Position numbers and translations under genes: made by a program. A stretch of DNA of 64,000 nucleotides from Candidatus Thiosymbion ectosymbiont of Catanema sp. Cochon2018 (GTDB taxonomy: Bacteria; Pseudomonadota; Gammaproteobacteria; Chromatiales; Chromatiaceae), in the NCBI GenBank assembly GCA_011392765.1, contig WYCW01000004.1, positions 573,846-637,845 on the forward strand, read 5' to 3'. Numbering within the stretch: the stretch's first letter is position 1; every line of letters starts with the position of its first letter. Of this stretch, positions 7,801-17,181 are shown in pieces. Under the pieces are notes generated by a model. It saw only the letters and a program-made list of their open reading frames with translations. It ran no database searches and was not told the DNA's origin.

Positions 7801-8245
7801 AGTTCTCTAAAACCTGAATCCGTGAGATAAAATCCAGGATTGGGGCTAACTCTATGATTTTAGCTGGATATTCAAAGATTGGCCTTTTCACCTGCTGGGT
7901 GAGTCCAAAAGTGAATGAAATTTTTCCGTTATCCTCTTGTTTTATAAAGAGATTATTCTATGAGCGGCTTATTTATCTCACGGATTCAGGTAAAAACCCT
8001 TCAACACGGCAACATTCTGGACAGCGATATGTCCTATACCCATTTCGATGCGAACCGGAGCCCCAAAGTAACATCCGAGATGGAGGATACCGGCATCTGC
8101 ATAAGGGGTATCCGTCTTTATTCCGCTCTCCCAGTATCTCTGAGCTTTTCTCATTGCTATCTCCCGACCAAGCTGAGCACGCCGGGTTACGGCGCGTTCG
8201 ACCTTACCGACACACAACAATATCGTAGCACGCGCCTAACCCGGC

Positions 8246-10276
8246 CTACGCTGCGATACCCGAATGCCGCAACAGGGCGTCGATGGCCGGCTTTCTCCCC
8301 CGGAAATCCACATAGAGGTCCATGGCATCGCGGGACCCGCCTTGTTCCAGAATGGTCTCGCGGAAGGCGAGTCCCGTATCCCGGTCGAAGAGGCCGCGTT
8401 CTTCGAACAGGGAGAAGGCGTCCGCGGACAACACCTCCGCCCACTTGTAGCTGTAATACCCCGCCCCATAGCCCCCGGAGAAGATATGGGAAAAACCGTG
8501 GGCAAAGCGGTTGAAGGCCGGCGGCTTCATTACTGCTACCTGATCGCGCACCTGATCGAGCAGCTCGTAAATACGCCCCCCACTTCGGGGGTCGTACTCC
8601 AGGTGCAGGCGGAAGTCGAAGACGGCAAACTCGAGCTGGCGTACCAACTGCATGGCGGACTGGAAGTTTTTTGCCGCCCGCAGGCGTCGGTACAGGGCCT
8701 CGGGGATCGGCTCCCCCGTATCCACGTGACCGGAGATCAGATCCAGGGACTCGGGTTCCCAGCACCAGTTTTCCAGAAATTGACTGGGCAGCTCCACCGC
8801 GTCCCAGGGCACACCGTTGATGCCCGCCACCGCCGGATAATCGACCCTGGTCAACAGATGCTGCAGGCCGTGGCCGAACTCGTGAAACAGGGTCTCGACC
8901 TCCTCGTGGGTGAGCAGGGACGGCCGCCCTCCCACCGGCGGGGTGAAGTTGCACACCAGATAGGTAACGGGGATCCGGTCGCAGCGGCTGGTGTGGAAGC
9001 GGTTCGTGCACACATCCATCCAGGCGCCCCCGCGCTTCTTTTGGCGGGCGAAGGGGTCGAGATAGAACTGACCCCGCAGCTTGCCGTCGGGGTCCCGGAT
9101 CTCGAAGAATCGCACGTCCGGATGCCAGGTCTCCGGGCCTTCCACCTCTTGTATGTGGATGTCAAACAGCCGTTCCACCACCGCGAACATGCCTGCAAGT
9201 ACGCGTGGAAGCGGGAAATAGGGGCGCAGCTCTTCCGCGGTGATCGCGTGTCGGTGCTCGCGCAACTTCTCCGAATAGTAGGCAAGGTCCCAGGATGCGA
9301 GGCGCTCGCATCCGTATTCCGCTTGCGCGAACTGCGCCAGCTCTTCCAGTTCCCGGCGGGCCTGGGTCACGGACCGTTCCGCAAGGTCGTTCAGAAATCC
9401 CATAACCTCTTCGGTGGAGCGGGCCATCTTGGTGGCCAAAGAGTGTTGGGCGTAATTTCCGAAGTCCAGCAGTGTCGACTGTTCATGACGCAGCGCGAGG
9501 ATGCGGTCCATGATCTCGGTATTGTCCCACTCGCCGGCGTGGGGTCCCTGATCCGAGGCCCGGGTACAGTAGGCTTGATAGACCTCACGGCGGAGTCCGC
9601 GATCGTCCGCATAGGTCATGACCGGGAGGTAAGAGGGTAAATCCAGGGTCAGGACCCAGCCCTCTTGTCCCCGGTCGGCGGCCGCCTGCTGCGCCAGGGC
9701 CAGTGCCGAAGCGGGCAGCCCGGCGAGGGCGGACCGGTCCGTGATTCGCTTGCTCCAGGCGTTGGTAGCATCGAGCAGGTTCTCCTCGTACCTGCTGGTA
9801 AGCTCGGCAAGCTCCCGGCTGATTTCCTTGTAGCGTGCCTGCCGGTCCGGTGCCAGGTCGACTCCGGCGAGGTGAAAGTCCCGCAGGGCGTTTTCCAACA
9901 GCTTGCGTTGAGAGGAGTTCAGGTGCCCCCGCTCGGTGACTGCCCTAAAACCCTCGAACAGGGCCCGGTTCTGGCCGACCTCGGTGGCATACTCGCTGAG
10001 TTTGGGCAGACAGGCGTTATAGGCGGGCCGCAGGGCGTCGTTGTTCATGACCGCGTTGAGGTGACTTACCGGCGACCAGGCCCGGTCGAGCCGGTCGTTG
10101 GCCTCTTCCAGGGGCTCGACAAAATTCTCCCAGGTGGGCGGGTCCGTGCGGTGCGTCAGCTCCTCGATCCGCGCCCGACACGCGGCGAGTAGGGAATCGA
10201 CGGCAGGCTCCACCTGCTCGGGACGGATATGGGAGAAGGGCGGAAGCCCGTCCGATTCGAGTAATGGGTTATCCAT
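8246..10276 (-). CDS. prlC: Oligopeptidase A (M3 family zinc metallopeptidase)
   Basis: 676 aa with the HEFGHGLQH zinc motif. The N-terminus MDNPLLESDGLPPFSHIRPEQVEPAV is typical of PrlC. Confidence 0.9.
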   Translation of the reverse strand: MDNPLLESDGLPPFSHIRPEQVEPAVDSLLAACRARIEELTHRTDPPTWENFVEPLEEANDRLDRAWSPVSHLNAVMNNDALRPAYNACLPKLSEYATEVGQNRALFEGFRAVTERGHLNSSQRKLLENALRDFHLAGVDLAPDRQARYKEISRELAELTSRYEENLLDATNAWSKRITDRSALAGLPASALALAQQAAADRGQEGWVLTLDLPSYLPVMTYADDRGLRREVYQAYCTRASDQGPHAGEWDNTEIMDRILALRHEQSTLLDFGNYAQHSLATKMARSTEEVMGFLNDLAERSVTQARRELEELAQFAQAEYGCERLASWDLAYYSEKLREHRHAITAEELRPYFPLPRVLAGMFAVVERLFDIHIQEVEGPETWHPDVRFFEIRDPDGKLRGQFYLDPFARQKKRGGAWMDVCTNRFHTSRCDRIPVTYLVCNFTPPVGGRPSLLTHEEVETLFHEFGHGLQHLLTRVDYPAVAGINGVPWDAVELPSQFLENWCWEPESLDLISGHVDTGEPIPEALYRRLRAAKNFQSAMQLVRQLEFAVFDFRLHLEYDPRSGGRIYELLDQVRDQVAVMKPPAFNRFAHGFSHIFSGGYGAGYYSYKWAEVLSADAFSLFEERGLFDRDTGLAFRETILEQGGSRDAMDLYVDFRGRKPAIDALLRHSGIAA

Positions 10277-10341
10277 TCCGGAACTCCACTTTTATCTGTA
10301 AAAACCTGCGTAATCTGTGGATTCAAAACGCGAATGCGATC

Positions 10342-10648
10342 CAAGTTCCTAGCGAGGCGTTGCCTCAGACCGACGAGGCGTGATCATCGCTCTCTCGCGA
10401 TCGAAAACGGAACCGTGATCGTAGTCGTAATCGGAGACGCAAGGCAAAGCGGGCATGGAAAACCTGATGTCTACGGGTTTCGACCCGGCACCTGGCCGGG
10501 ACCTCTGGATACCACGATCCGCGAAAGTATTCTGTCTCTCCTACGGCGGCTTCGATCACGATTACGATCACGATCACGACAACGAGAGAGGTTAGACGTT
10601 TGCGAAATTTGACTCATTTGCACAAAATCTGGTCATTCAAGGAATCCT
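10342..10648. repeat. box1 - GATCG-word inverted arms (10391-10434 / 10553-10590) around a ~118 bp loop - box2
   Basis: ctagcgaggcgttgcctcagaccgacgaggcgtga at the left, tttgactcatttgcacaaaatctggtcattcaaggaatccta at the right, with complementary arms between them. Confidence 0.75.
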
Positions 10649-10785
10649 AATGCAGAGAAAGCCGATCTGCCTGGTGGCCTGCCTGCGGCAGCAGGCAGAA
10701 AACACCTTCCTCGCCGCTCCAACGGGTAGGATAGGCAAAAATGATAGCATTGTGGGTGTCCAGCACCTTACACCGAGGAATCACC

Positions 10786-11328
10786 ATGACCAATGTCCGT
10801 TCCTTTCGAGGAAAACACCCCCGGATCGCCGCCGATGCCTGGATCGATGACTCCGCTATCGTCATCGGCGACGTCGAGCTCGGCCCAGGCTCATCGATCT
10901 GGCCCCTGTGCGTCGTTCGCGGCGACATTCACCGCATCCGGATCGGGGCCGAGACCAACATCCAGGACGGCACTATCCTGCATGTTTCTCACGACAGCCG
11001 CTTCCTGCCCGGAGGCGCCGCCATCACCATCCATGACCGGGTAACCGTAGGTCATCAGGCCGTGCTGCACGGCTGCGAGATCAGGGACCATTGCCTGATC
11101 GGAATCGGTGCGCGGGTGCTGGATGGGGCGGTGCTCGAGCCCCGCACCATGGTGGGCGCCGGCTCTCTGGTACCACCCGGCAAGAAACTCGAGAGCGGCT
11201 ATCTATGGGTAGGGACCCCGGTCAAACGCGTCCGGCTCCTCACGGAGCAGGAGATCGAGTACCTGGACTATGTCGCCGAGCACTACACTAAGCTCATGGA
11301 CGATCACCGGGCTGAACCCGGAATATGA
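10786..11328 (+). CDS. Gamma-carbonic-anhydrase-like / left-handed beta-helix (hexapeptide repeat) protein, YrdA/PaaY-like
   Basis: MTNVRSFRGKHPRIAADAWIDDSAIVIGDVELGPGSSIWP... matches the hexapeptide pattern. The ATG at 10786 is preferred over the ORF-track start at 10741. Confidence 0.85.
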   Translation: MTNVRSFRGKHPRIAADAWIDDSAIVIGDVELGPGSSIWPLCVVRGDIHRIRIGAETNIQDGTILHVSHDSRFLPGGAAITIHDRVTVGHQAVLHGCEIRDHCLIGIGARVLDGAVLEPRTMVGAGSLVPPGKKLESGYLWVGTPVKRVRLLTEQEIEYLDYVAEHYTKLMDDHRAEPGI

Positions 11329-11428
11329 GTGCAATGTGCATCACGGGTGCAGCCAGGTAGGTTGGGCAAAGGTGCGCCGCCTCGGCGGTGCCCGTGCCCA
11401 ACATTGGGTCCGGCTTGCCTAGATTGAT

Positions 11429-12574
11429 ATGACCCCGCAAAAGAATTCCTGGTTCGAGAGGAACCCGAAAAAGACGATTTTTATTATCGTACTTACGGCA
11501 ATCATTACAGTAGACCTTGCCGCAACCCGGATCTTGAAGGTGTTCGGACTCTACACGCCACCGTACCAGAATCCGCGAATTACCGAGCGGCAATACCGAA
11601 AGGTACATGATGTCTTCCATCACACCATGTCGCCGTATGTCGATTATGAGAACGCACGATGGGGACCCTTGAAGTACTCGATAAAGACCAACTCACTGGG
11701 TTTCAAGGACTCGAGCAATAGGCATATCCCCCTGGCTACGGATCAATTCCGAATCATGTTTATCGGAGATTCCTTTACCGAGGGAAAAGGCTATCGGTAT
11801 GAACGGACCTTTGTCGGACTCTTGGATGAAGAATTCAGAGGAAAAGGCGTCGACATCCTGAATGCGGCAGTCTCATCGTACTCGCCGATAATTTATCTGC
11901 GAAAAGTCGAATATCTGATGAAGTCCGTGGGTCTGGAATTCGACCATCTCATCGTCTTCATAGATATTTCCGATATCGAAGATGACGGACGGATTTACTG
12001 GTTCGACGAAAACCGCAATGTACAGAGTGAAGCAAAAATACGGCAGGAAGAAGGAAGAGGAGATAAGATGGAATTTAAGGATATCCTTGCTGAAAACACT
12101 ATAATACCAAGTTATCTACGACTATCGTTGCGCAGGTTGAAATATTACGTGAGGGCCTTGCGCGGAGAAGACCTGAAAGGTGCCGTTGGTATCGAACGAA
12201 GTCTGTGGACCGTTGATGAAAAGCTTTATCGGGAGTTCGGCGAACAAGGCTTGCAGGCAGCAGCCGAGTATATGGAGGAGCTCTATCGTCTGCTGCGGGA
12301 GCGGGGAATCGGGTTGACGATTGCCGTCTACCCCTGGCCGGACCAGATATTACAAAGGGATCTCGATTCCATTCAAGTGGACTTCTGGAAGGCATGGGCG
12401 AAGCAGCACCGGATTACAATACTCGATTTCTTTCCGGATTTCATCGATGCACGCGATGCGCTGACGGTCTTTCGGGAATATTTTATACCGGGTGATATCC
12501 ACTGGAACGAACGCGGGCATCGCTTGATCGCTCGCGGAGTCAGTGATCATATTGCGGAGTTAACAACCCAATGA
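11429..12574 (+). CDS. Membrane-anchored SGNH/GDSL-family hydrolase or acyltransferase (AlgJ/AlgX/DltD-like)
   Basis: N-terminal TM helix, block I FIGDSFTEG and a C-terminal GDIHW (DxxH) block. The gene is visibly AT-richer than its neighbours. Confidence 0.7.
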   Translation: MTPQKNSWFERNPKKTIFIIVLTAIITVDLAATRILKVFGLYTPPYQNPRITERQYRKVHDVFHHTMSPYVDYENARWGPLKYSIKTNSLGFKDSSNRHIPLATDQFRIMFIGDSFTEGKGYRYERTFVGLLDEEFRGKGVDILNAAVSSYSPIIYLRKVEYLMKSVGLEFDHLIVFIDISDIEDDGRIYWFDENRNVQSEAKIRQEEGRGDKMEFKDILAENTIIPSYLRLSLRRLKYYVRALRGEDLKGAVGIERSLWTVDEKLYREFGEQGLQAAAEYMEELYRLLRERGIGLTIAVYPWPDQILQRDLDSIQVDFWKAWAKQHRITILDFFPDFIDARDALTVFREYFIPGDIHWNERGHRLIARGVSDHIAELTTQ

Positions 12575-12762
12575 CAGCCAAGTCCATCACCATCCGAAAG
12601 GAAAGGTGCGTGTCCTTGTGTGCCTCTTGTGTGCCTTTCGTGGTTCCAAGCCATCCAATGATGCGGTTCGCAGCCTGCATGCGTCCCTGCACAGCAGGCG
12701 CTCACCGCATCCTACGGTAGCGAATTGAAACCGCCGATGGGCGGGTCTCCCCGGTGCGGATC

Positions 12763-13638
12763 TCAATCCCCCCTCGGCCTTTTTTGCGTCCACAACCAAA
12801 ACCCCAATATCAACAGGCCAGTCCAGCCTACGGCGAGCCAGCCGATGACCCCATCGTAATCCCCGACCAGCCAGACGTTGGGCGATGCCTGGTTGTCGTC
12901 GGTCAGGTGGCGGGTCACCCGGATCACGAAGATCCAGCCGGCGTGCAAGCCGATGCACCAACCGATGTGTCCACTCCTCTCCCGCACCATGGCCAGAAAG
13001 ACGCCGACCAGGAACAGGGCCGCCATGGAATCCAGGTGCCGCCATTGAAAGGCATCGACGAAGACATGGATGAACATCTGCCAGGTCCCGAGCCAATCGA
13101 AGGCCACGTCCGCGGGCAGGGGATGGGGTTTCATGAAGTGGAGTAGCGCGAACAGAAAGGACGACCAGAGGATCGCGGAGCGCGCACCGCCACCGCGCCG
13201 GATGGCCGAATAGAGGGCACCGCGAAAGAAGGTCTCCTCCAACAGGGCGGTGAGCAGACCACCGATCAGGACCTGGATCGATTTACCGAGTAGATCAAGC
13301 AACCAACCCTCCGCTGGAATACCCGGCACTCGGACCTCGAGCAGCAGCAGGTTGACGGCGAGAACCAGCAGGATAAGGGCGCCGAGCAGCCAGCCACGCC
13401 ATAGGGCGTCCAAAAACACAGGACGGGGGACACCGTACCCGAGCGCCGTGCGATCATTCAGGCGCGTCGCTTTAAGAAAAGGCCACAGGCCGAGCAGGAT
13501 GAAGACCTGCGCCAGACGACCCATGACGCGGTGGGGGTCCTGCTCGATCCAACCGGTCAGCATCACCGGGTAAGTCAGCAAGGCACCGAGGATCAGGCAA
13601 CAGAATAGATAAACGAAGAAAATCCCGGTTTGTTTCAT
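12763..13638 (-). CDS. CPBP-family (CAAX-protease-like) intramembrane glutamic endopeptidase
   Basis: Multi-TM protein with EETFFRGALY and FALLHF motifs. Confidence 0.8.
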   Translation of the reverse strand: MKQTGIFFVYLFCCLILGALLTYPVMLTGWIEQDPHRVMGRLAQVFILLGLWPFLKATRLNDRTALGYGVPRPVFLDALWRGWLLGALILLVLAVNLLLLEVRVPGIPAEGWLLDLLGKSIQVLIGGLLTALLEETFFRGALYSAIRRGGGARSAILWSSFLFALLHFMKPHPLPADVAFDWLGTWQMFIHVFVDAFQWRHLDSMAALFLVGVFLAMVRERSGHIGWCIGLHAGWIFVIRVTRHLTDDNQASPNVWLVGDYDGVIGWLAVGWTGLLILGFWLWTQKRPRGD

Positions 13639-13752
13639 TGACCGTTCCCGCTTGCCTTTGACCTAAATGATACGCAACGCGCCGTCCCATCCCCCGGAGG
13701 GTGGAGAAGGCACCAAGGGGATACACGCCGCACCGGTCGCTTTCAAACGTTT

Positions 13753-14164
13753 TCACTCCCCGCCATCAGGCGACACAGCGTCCAACAGCCCCATAAGCTC
13801 CAGGTAGCAGTCCCCGCCGCGCTCCACGGAAAACTCCAGCCCCCGGGCCCGGAGCCGCTCCCGATCCGGTTCTGCCTCGAGGCTCGCGAGTATCGCATCG
13901 CAGATGGGAGACGACCTGAAAGAAAAGCCCTACCCGCGAGTGGGCCCGCAGGTAGTGCACACCCACACGGCGATCGAACGGAAAGGGAAACTCGGTCACG
14001 CCCCGACGGGTGAAGATCAGGACATCCACCGGAATCCCCCGCCCGACAAGCTCGTTGGCCAGGTTGACCACGACCACGGGGGTACCGCAGAAGGCCCGCG
14101 TGTTCTCGCGCTGGGTCAATCCGACGAAGGTAACGCCGGTATTGCCGTTCCGTCGTTCAGTCAT
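13753..14164 (-). pseudogene. Remnant of a GT4 glycosyltransferase: N-terminal ~85 aa joined out of frame to the C-terminal ~50 aa (internal deletion)
   Basis: The ATG at 14164 overlaps the upstream GT4 stop (ATGACTGA). The translation ...FCGTPVVVVNLANELVGRGIPVDVLIF... resembles a GT4 N-terminus. Another frame at 13753-13915 reads ICDAILASLEAEPDRERLRARGLEFSVERGGDCYLELMGLL, which resembles the C-terminus of the neighbouring GT4. Only ~0.4 kb is present where ~1.1 kb is expected. Confidence 0.6.
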
Positions 14165-15341
14165 GGTCACCATCCGGTGCAGTCGCACTGTCATCCGCCG
14201 GGCACGGGATCCCGAGGGCATCAAGATAGGCCCGGACACTGGTTTCGCTCCGGTAGTCGGAAACGGCCCGCTCGAAGTCCGCCTCCGGGCACTCGGCGTC
14301 CAGCCAAGCCCCGATCGCTGCGGCCATCGGCTCGACGCCGCCCACCGGCACCAGGGTACCGATATTGCGCCCGGCCAGGACCTCCCGTGGCCCGCTCGGG
14401 CAATCCGTTGCCACTACCGGGGTGTGGAGCGCCAAGGCCTCGACGAGCACGTTACCGAAGCCCTCCCAGCGAGAGCTGAGCACGAACAGGTTGGCCCGGG
14501 CCATGAAGGCATAGGGATTGGGATAAAAGCCCGGGAGATCCACGTCCTCGGCAACGCCCAGCTGCGCCGCCAGGGCGAGCAGGGCCTCGCGCCGGCGTCC
14601 CCGGCCCAGGATAATGAGGCGGCACGGCCGCCGGCGGCGGACCCGGGCGAAGGCCCGCACCAGGGTCTCGAAGTCCTTGCGGTACCCCAGTTCGCCGACG
14701 CCCAGGACGACCGGGAGCTCGGGGTCCGTCAGCCACGGGTGGTCGACGGGTTCCCGGGCCCGGTCGCCGAGGTCCGGGATAACGATAGGGCTGCGGACTA
14801 CCCGGATGTGTCCCCGCTCGATCCCGGTATAGTCGACCAAGTCGTCCGCTGCTCCTTCGGAGGGGACCAGGACACAATCCGCCAGGGGATAGAGCCGCCG
14901 CATCGAAGTACGTTCCCACCAGCGCTCGAAGCCGTTACGACTCGCCAGGTTGACGGAGACGGTGGTGCCGACCCGAACCGCGAGGCGCGTGGATACGCCG
15001 GCGAGCCTGCGCGCCAGGATAGCGATGCGGTTGACCCGATCCTTGTCGGTCAGCATGGCGAGCGGTCGCTCGCGGCGCAGATAGCGGACCAGGGCCGGCA
15101 GGCTGCCGGTTACATGGGCGCGGTCCAGGTCCCACAGACGGACGTTGGGTAGGGAGTCGCCATCCAGGTAGGGACCATGATTGCGGATTTTCAGGAGATC
15201 CACGCCGATCCCCCAGGCATCGAGCTGGCGTAAGAGATTGCCGATCACCCGGTCCACGCCGCTGTGGCCCGAGGTGGCGACGAAGACGGCCAGGCGATCA
15301 CCCGGTGCAGTGCCTTGCCCGTCAGGTAAACGCATGGTCAC
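14157..15341 (-). CDS. Glycosyltransferase family 4 (GT-B fold)
   Basis: 394 aa. It has the N-terminal VFVATSGHSGVDRVIGNL and a C-terminal EGFGNVLVEALA (E-x7-E region). Confidence 0.85.
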   Translation of the reverse strand: MTMRLPDGQGTAPGDRLAVFVATSGHSGVDRVIGNLLRQLDAWGIGVDLLKIRNHGPYLDGDSLPNVRLWDLDRAHVTGSLPALVRYLRRERPLAMLTDKDRVNRIAILARRLAGVSTRLAVRVGTTVSVNLASRNGFERWWERTSMRRLYPLADCVLVPSEGAADDLVDYTGIERGHIRVVRSPIVIPDLGDRAREPVDHPWLTDPELPVVLGVGELGYRKDFETLVRAFARVRRRRPCRLIILGRGRRREALLALAAQLGVAEDVDLPGFYPNPYAFMARANLFVLSSRWEGFGNVLVEALALHTPVVATDCPSGPREVLAGRNIGTLVPVGGVEPMAAAIGAWLDAECPEADFERAVSDYRSETSVRAYLDALGIPCPADDSATAPDGDHD

Positions 15342-15369
15342 TTTCCTTAGAGGCTGTCTAAAAAGTTTG

Positions 15370-16218
15370 TCAGCTGTCTTTCAAGACGATCTGGATCCCG
15401 CCGTCGTTCTGAAGCATCAGGGAATAGACCTTCGGCATCAATGCCGATTGTTCCTCCGTCTCCCGAACTCGTTTCAGATCCAGATCCACCTGCACTGATT
15501 TGACGCCGGGGATCCGACCTTCGTTTTCTTCATAGATGCGAAACAGGGCCTCGCTGATCCCACTGGGCTGCGGGAAATAGTAGTCCGTTCCGGACTGCCG
15601 GAATTTCGTGGTCCCGCCCTCGTTTTCGAGGTAGAAGGAGGTCATCCCTTCAAACCGATACCAGGTCTTGCGTCCGAGAAAGACCCGGTAGTCGTCAAAG
15701 ATCACGACCTTGACGACCGGGGCAAAGTACTCCCCGTCCAATTCGATCAATGTGGATTCTTGCCCTCCAAGTCGGACCTCCAGCTTCATCACGCCGTCCC
15801 GGTTGGACAGGACAGTCACCTCTCCGATCTCGGTCCCTCCCGTGAAAGCCACCAGTGATTGAAGAAGAAGGAGCAAGAGGCCGCCGGCGAGGGCAGAAAG
15901 TCCAAGGATCGGTAGTCCCACCGCCCGTTTGAACCTCAGAACGAGAAACGAGAGGAAGGCGAAGAAAGCGGTGGCGTAGGCCAGATTCCTGTCGAGATCG
16001 GAGGGGACCTCGGGTCCGCGGAACCCGATGGTCCCGCAGACTCCGGCGAGCGACAGCAGAATGGCGACGGCTACCCACTTATCGATGCGGTCCTTCCTAC
16101 CCTCGGAATCCCTCTTTTTGGCCCGCCTGGTGGCGCGGCTTGCGGCCGCTCCGACCAACGCCGAGCCGAGAAAGAGCCAGAGTAGAGAATGGGTGAGAAG
16201 CGAGATGTTGGCGTCCAT
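15370..16218 (-). CDS. Hypothetical membrane protein (N-terminal TM helices plus soluble C-terminal domain)
   Basis: 282 aa ORF with coding-like composition, apparently co-oriented with and downstream of the GT4 gene. No motif recognised. Confidence 0.6.
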   Translation of the reverse strand: MDANISLLTHSLLWLFLGSALVGAAASRATRRAKKRDSEGRKDRIDKWVAVAILLSLAGVCGTIGFRGPEVPSDLDRNLAYATAFFAFLSFLVLRFKRAVGLPILGLSALAGGLLLLLLQSLVAFTGGTEIGEVTVLSNRDGVMKLEVRLGGQESTLIELDGEYFAPVVKVVIFDDYRVFLGRKTWYRFEGMTSFYLENEGGTTKFRQSGTDYYFPQPSGISEALFRIYEENEGRIPGVKSVQVDLDLKRVRETEEQSALMPKVYSLMLQNDGGIQIVLKDS

Positions 16219-16279
16219 AGATACCGGAGAGCTTCTGAGTGAGTGTTCTAGGGGGTGTTCTCAATTAAGCCAAATCCAT

Positions 16280-16351
16280 GTAGCGCAGGCGTCCCGCCTG
16301 CCAGAATACGGGCGTTTCACCCGCGGGTTGCAGGCGAGACGCCTGCGCTAC
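16280..16351. repeat. Palindromic element GTAGCGCAGGCGTC(C)CGCCTGC ... GCAGGCGAGACGCCTGCGCTAC
   Basis: Inverted termini read directly. A second copy lies at 43326-43381, just upstream of hsdM. Confidence 0.8.
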
Positions 16352-16557
16352 TTCACAATGGCGCTTGCATCCGGTACGAGTATCATCCGCGGCCTTCCTC
16401 CCACGCCCGGCGGATTTCGTCATCGTTTACCATAGGTCGCAGTTTTCGGCGCTCCGTTGTATATGGTCTTCGGATATTCCGCCAACATACAATAGTAGCA
16501 ATAGGTTGGCGTCAATAATAATGCCTTTAGAGCGGTATTTGTTTATATAGTCTTCCA

Positions 16558-16833
16558 TCATATTTTTCTTATCTTCATCGACATGACTTTACCAGTTTCA
16601 CCGTTGACTTTGAATAGCTTATATTTTCTTATATATTTTTGATTACTAAATGCAGCCCCTATCCCATGCACTGGACTCATGTCTTCTACATTAAATCCCA
16701 GGGTAATCATCCATGTATTCGTGGTTTCATCATATTCCACCTCCTCTAATTGCAAATCAACCAAAGGATTATTATCAAAAAAGTCTTTTGCCGCATTTCT
16801 TGCTTCTGCAACGGCTTCTTTTACTTTAATCAT
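16558..16833 (-). CDS. Small hypothetical protein (92 aa) in an AT-rich patch
   Basis: The ATG at 16833 is preceded by GGAG. The translation is MIKVKEAVAEARNAAKDFFDNNPLVDLQLEEVEYDETTNTWMITLGF.... Its stop overlaps the ATG of a 43-codon ORF (16427-16558). Confidence 0.55.
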   Translation of the reverse strand: MIKVKEAVAEARNAAKDFFDNNPLVDLQLEEVEYDETTNTWMITLGFNVEDMSPVHGIGAAFSNQKYIRKYKLFKVNGETGKVMSMKIRKI

Positions 16834-16936
16834 CAAAATCTCCGTTGTTATCTTGCTAAGTGTTGGAGTCGGTCTGCAGAAGTTTAGCAACTTCCTCCGC
16901 TGTCCGGCCAGTGGCAATCGCTACCTTAGTGTCCCG

Positions 16937-17148
16937 CGCTCTAGGATTCCTTGACGGACCCGCATCTTTACAACTGAGTCAAGTTCTGCGGGCGCGGAGA
17001 ACAGGGTCCACGAAAGACACGAAAAGCACGAAGGGATACGAATTCATACGAATGAGGGTTCGTGTCTTTTCGTGCTTTTCGTAGACTTCTGGTTTCCGTA
17101 CAAAAATTCACGCCTCGTCGGTCTGAGGCAAAGCCTCCTAGAGACTGT
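16937..17148. repeat. box2(rc) - CACGAA word hairpin (17007-17083) - box1(rc)
   Basis: Same modules as 1745-1990, read directly. Confidence 0.85.
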
Positions 17149-17181
17149 GTTCGTATAAAGCGGCTTTCAGCGCCGGCTGCA

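Noticed and set aside
7978-8220. 80-aa minus-strand ORF (core MRKAQRYWESGIKTDTPYADAGILHLGCYFGAPVRIEMG...) in the AT-rich segment 7800-8250. A 20-bp inverted repeat lies nearby (aacctgaatccgtgagataaa at ~7810 and tttatctcacggattcaggt at ~7970).
   Set aside because: I recognise no motif or RBS. It overlaps equally long plus-strand ORFs (7854..8228 and 7960..8514). The segment may be a decayed insertion, but I cannot support a gene call.
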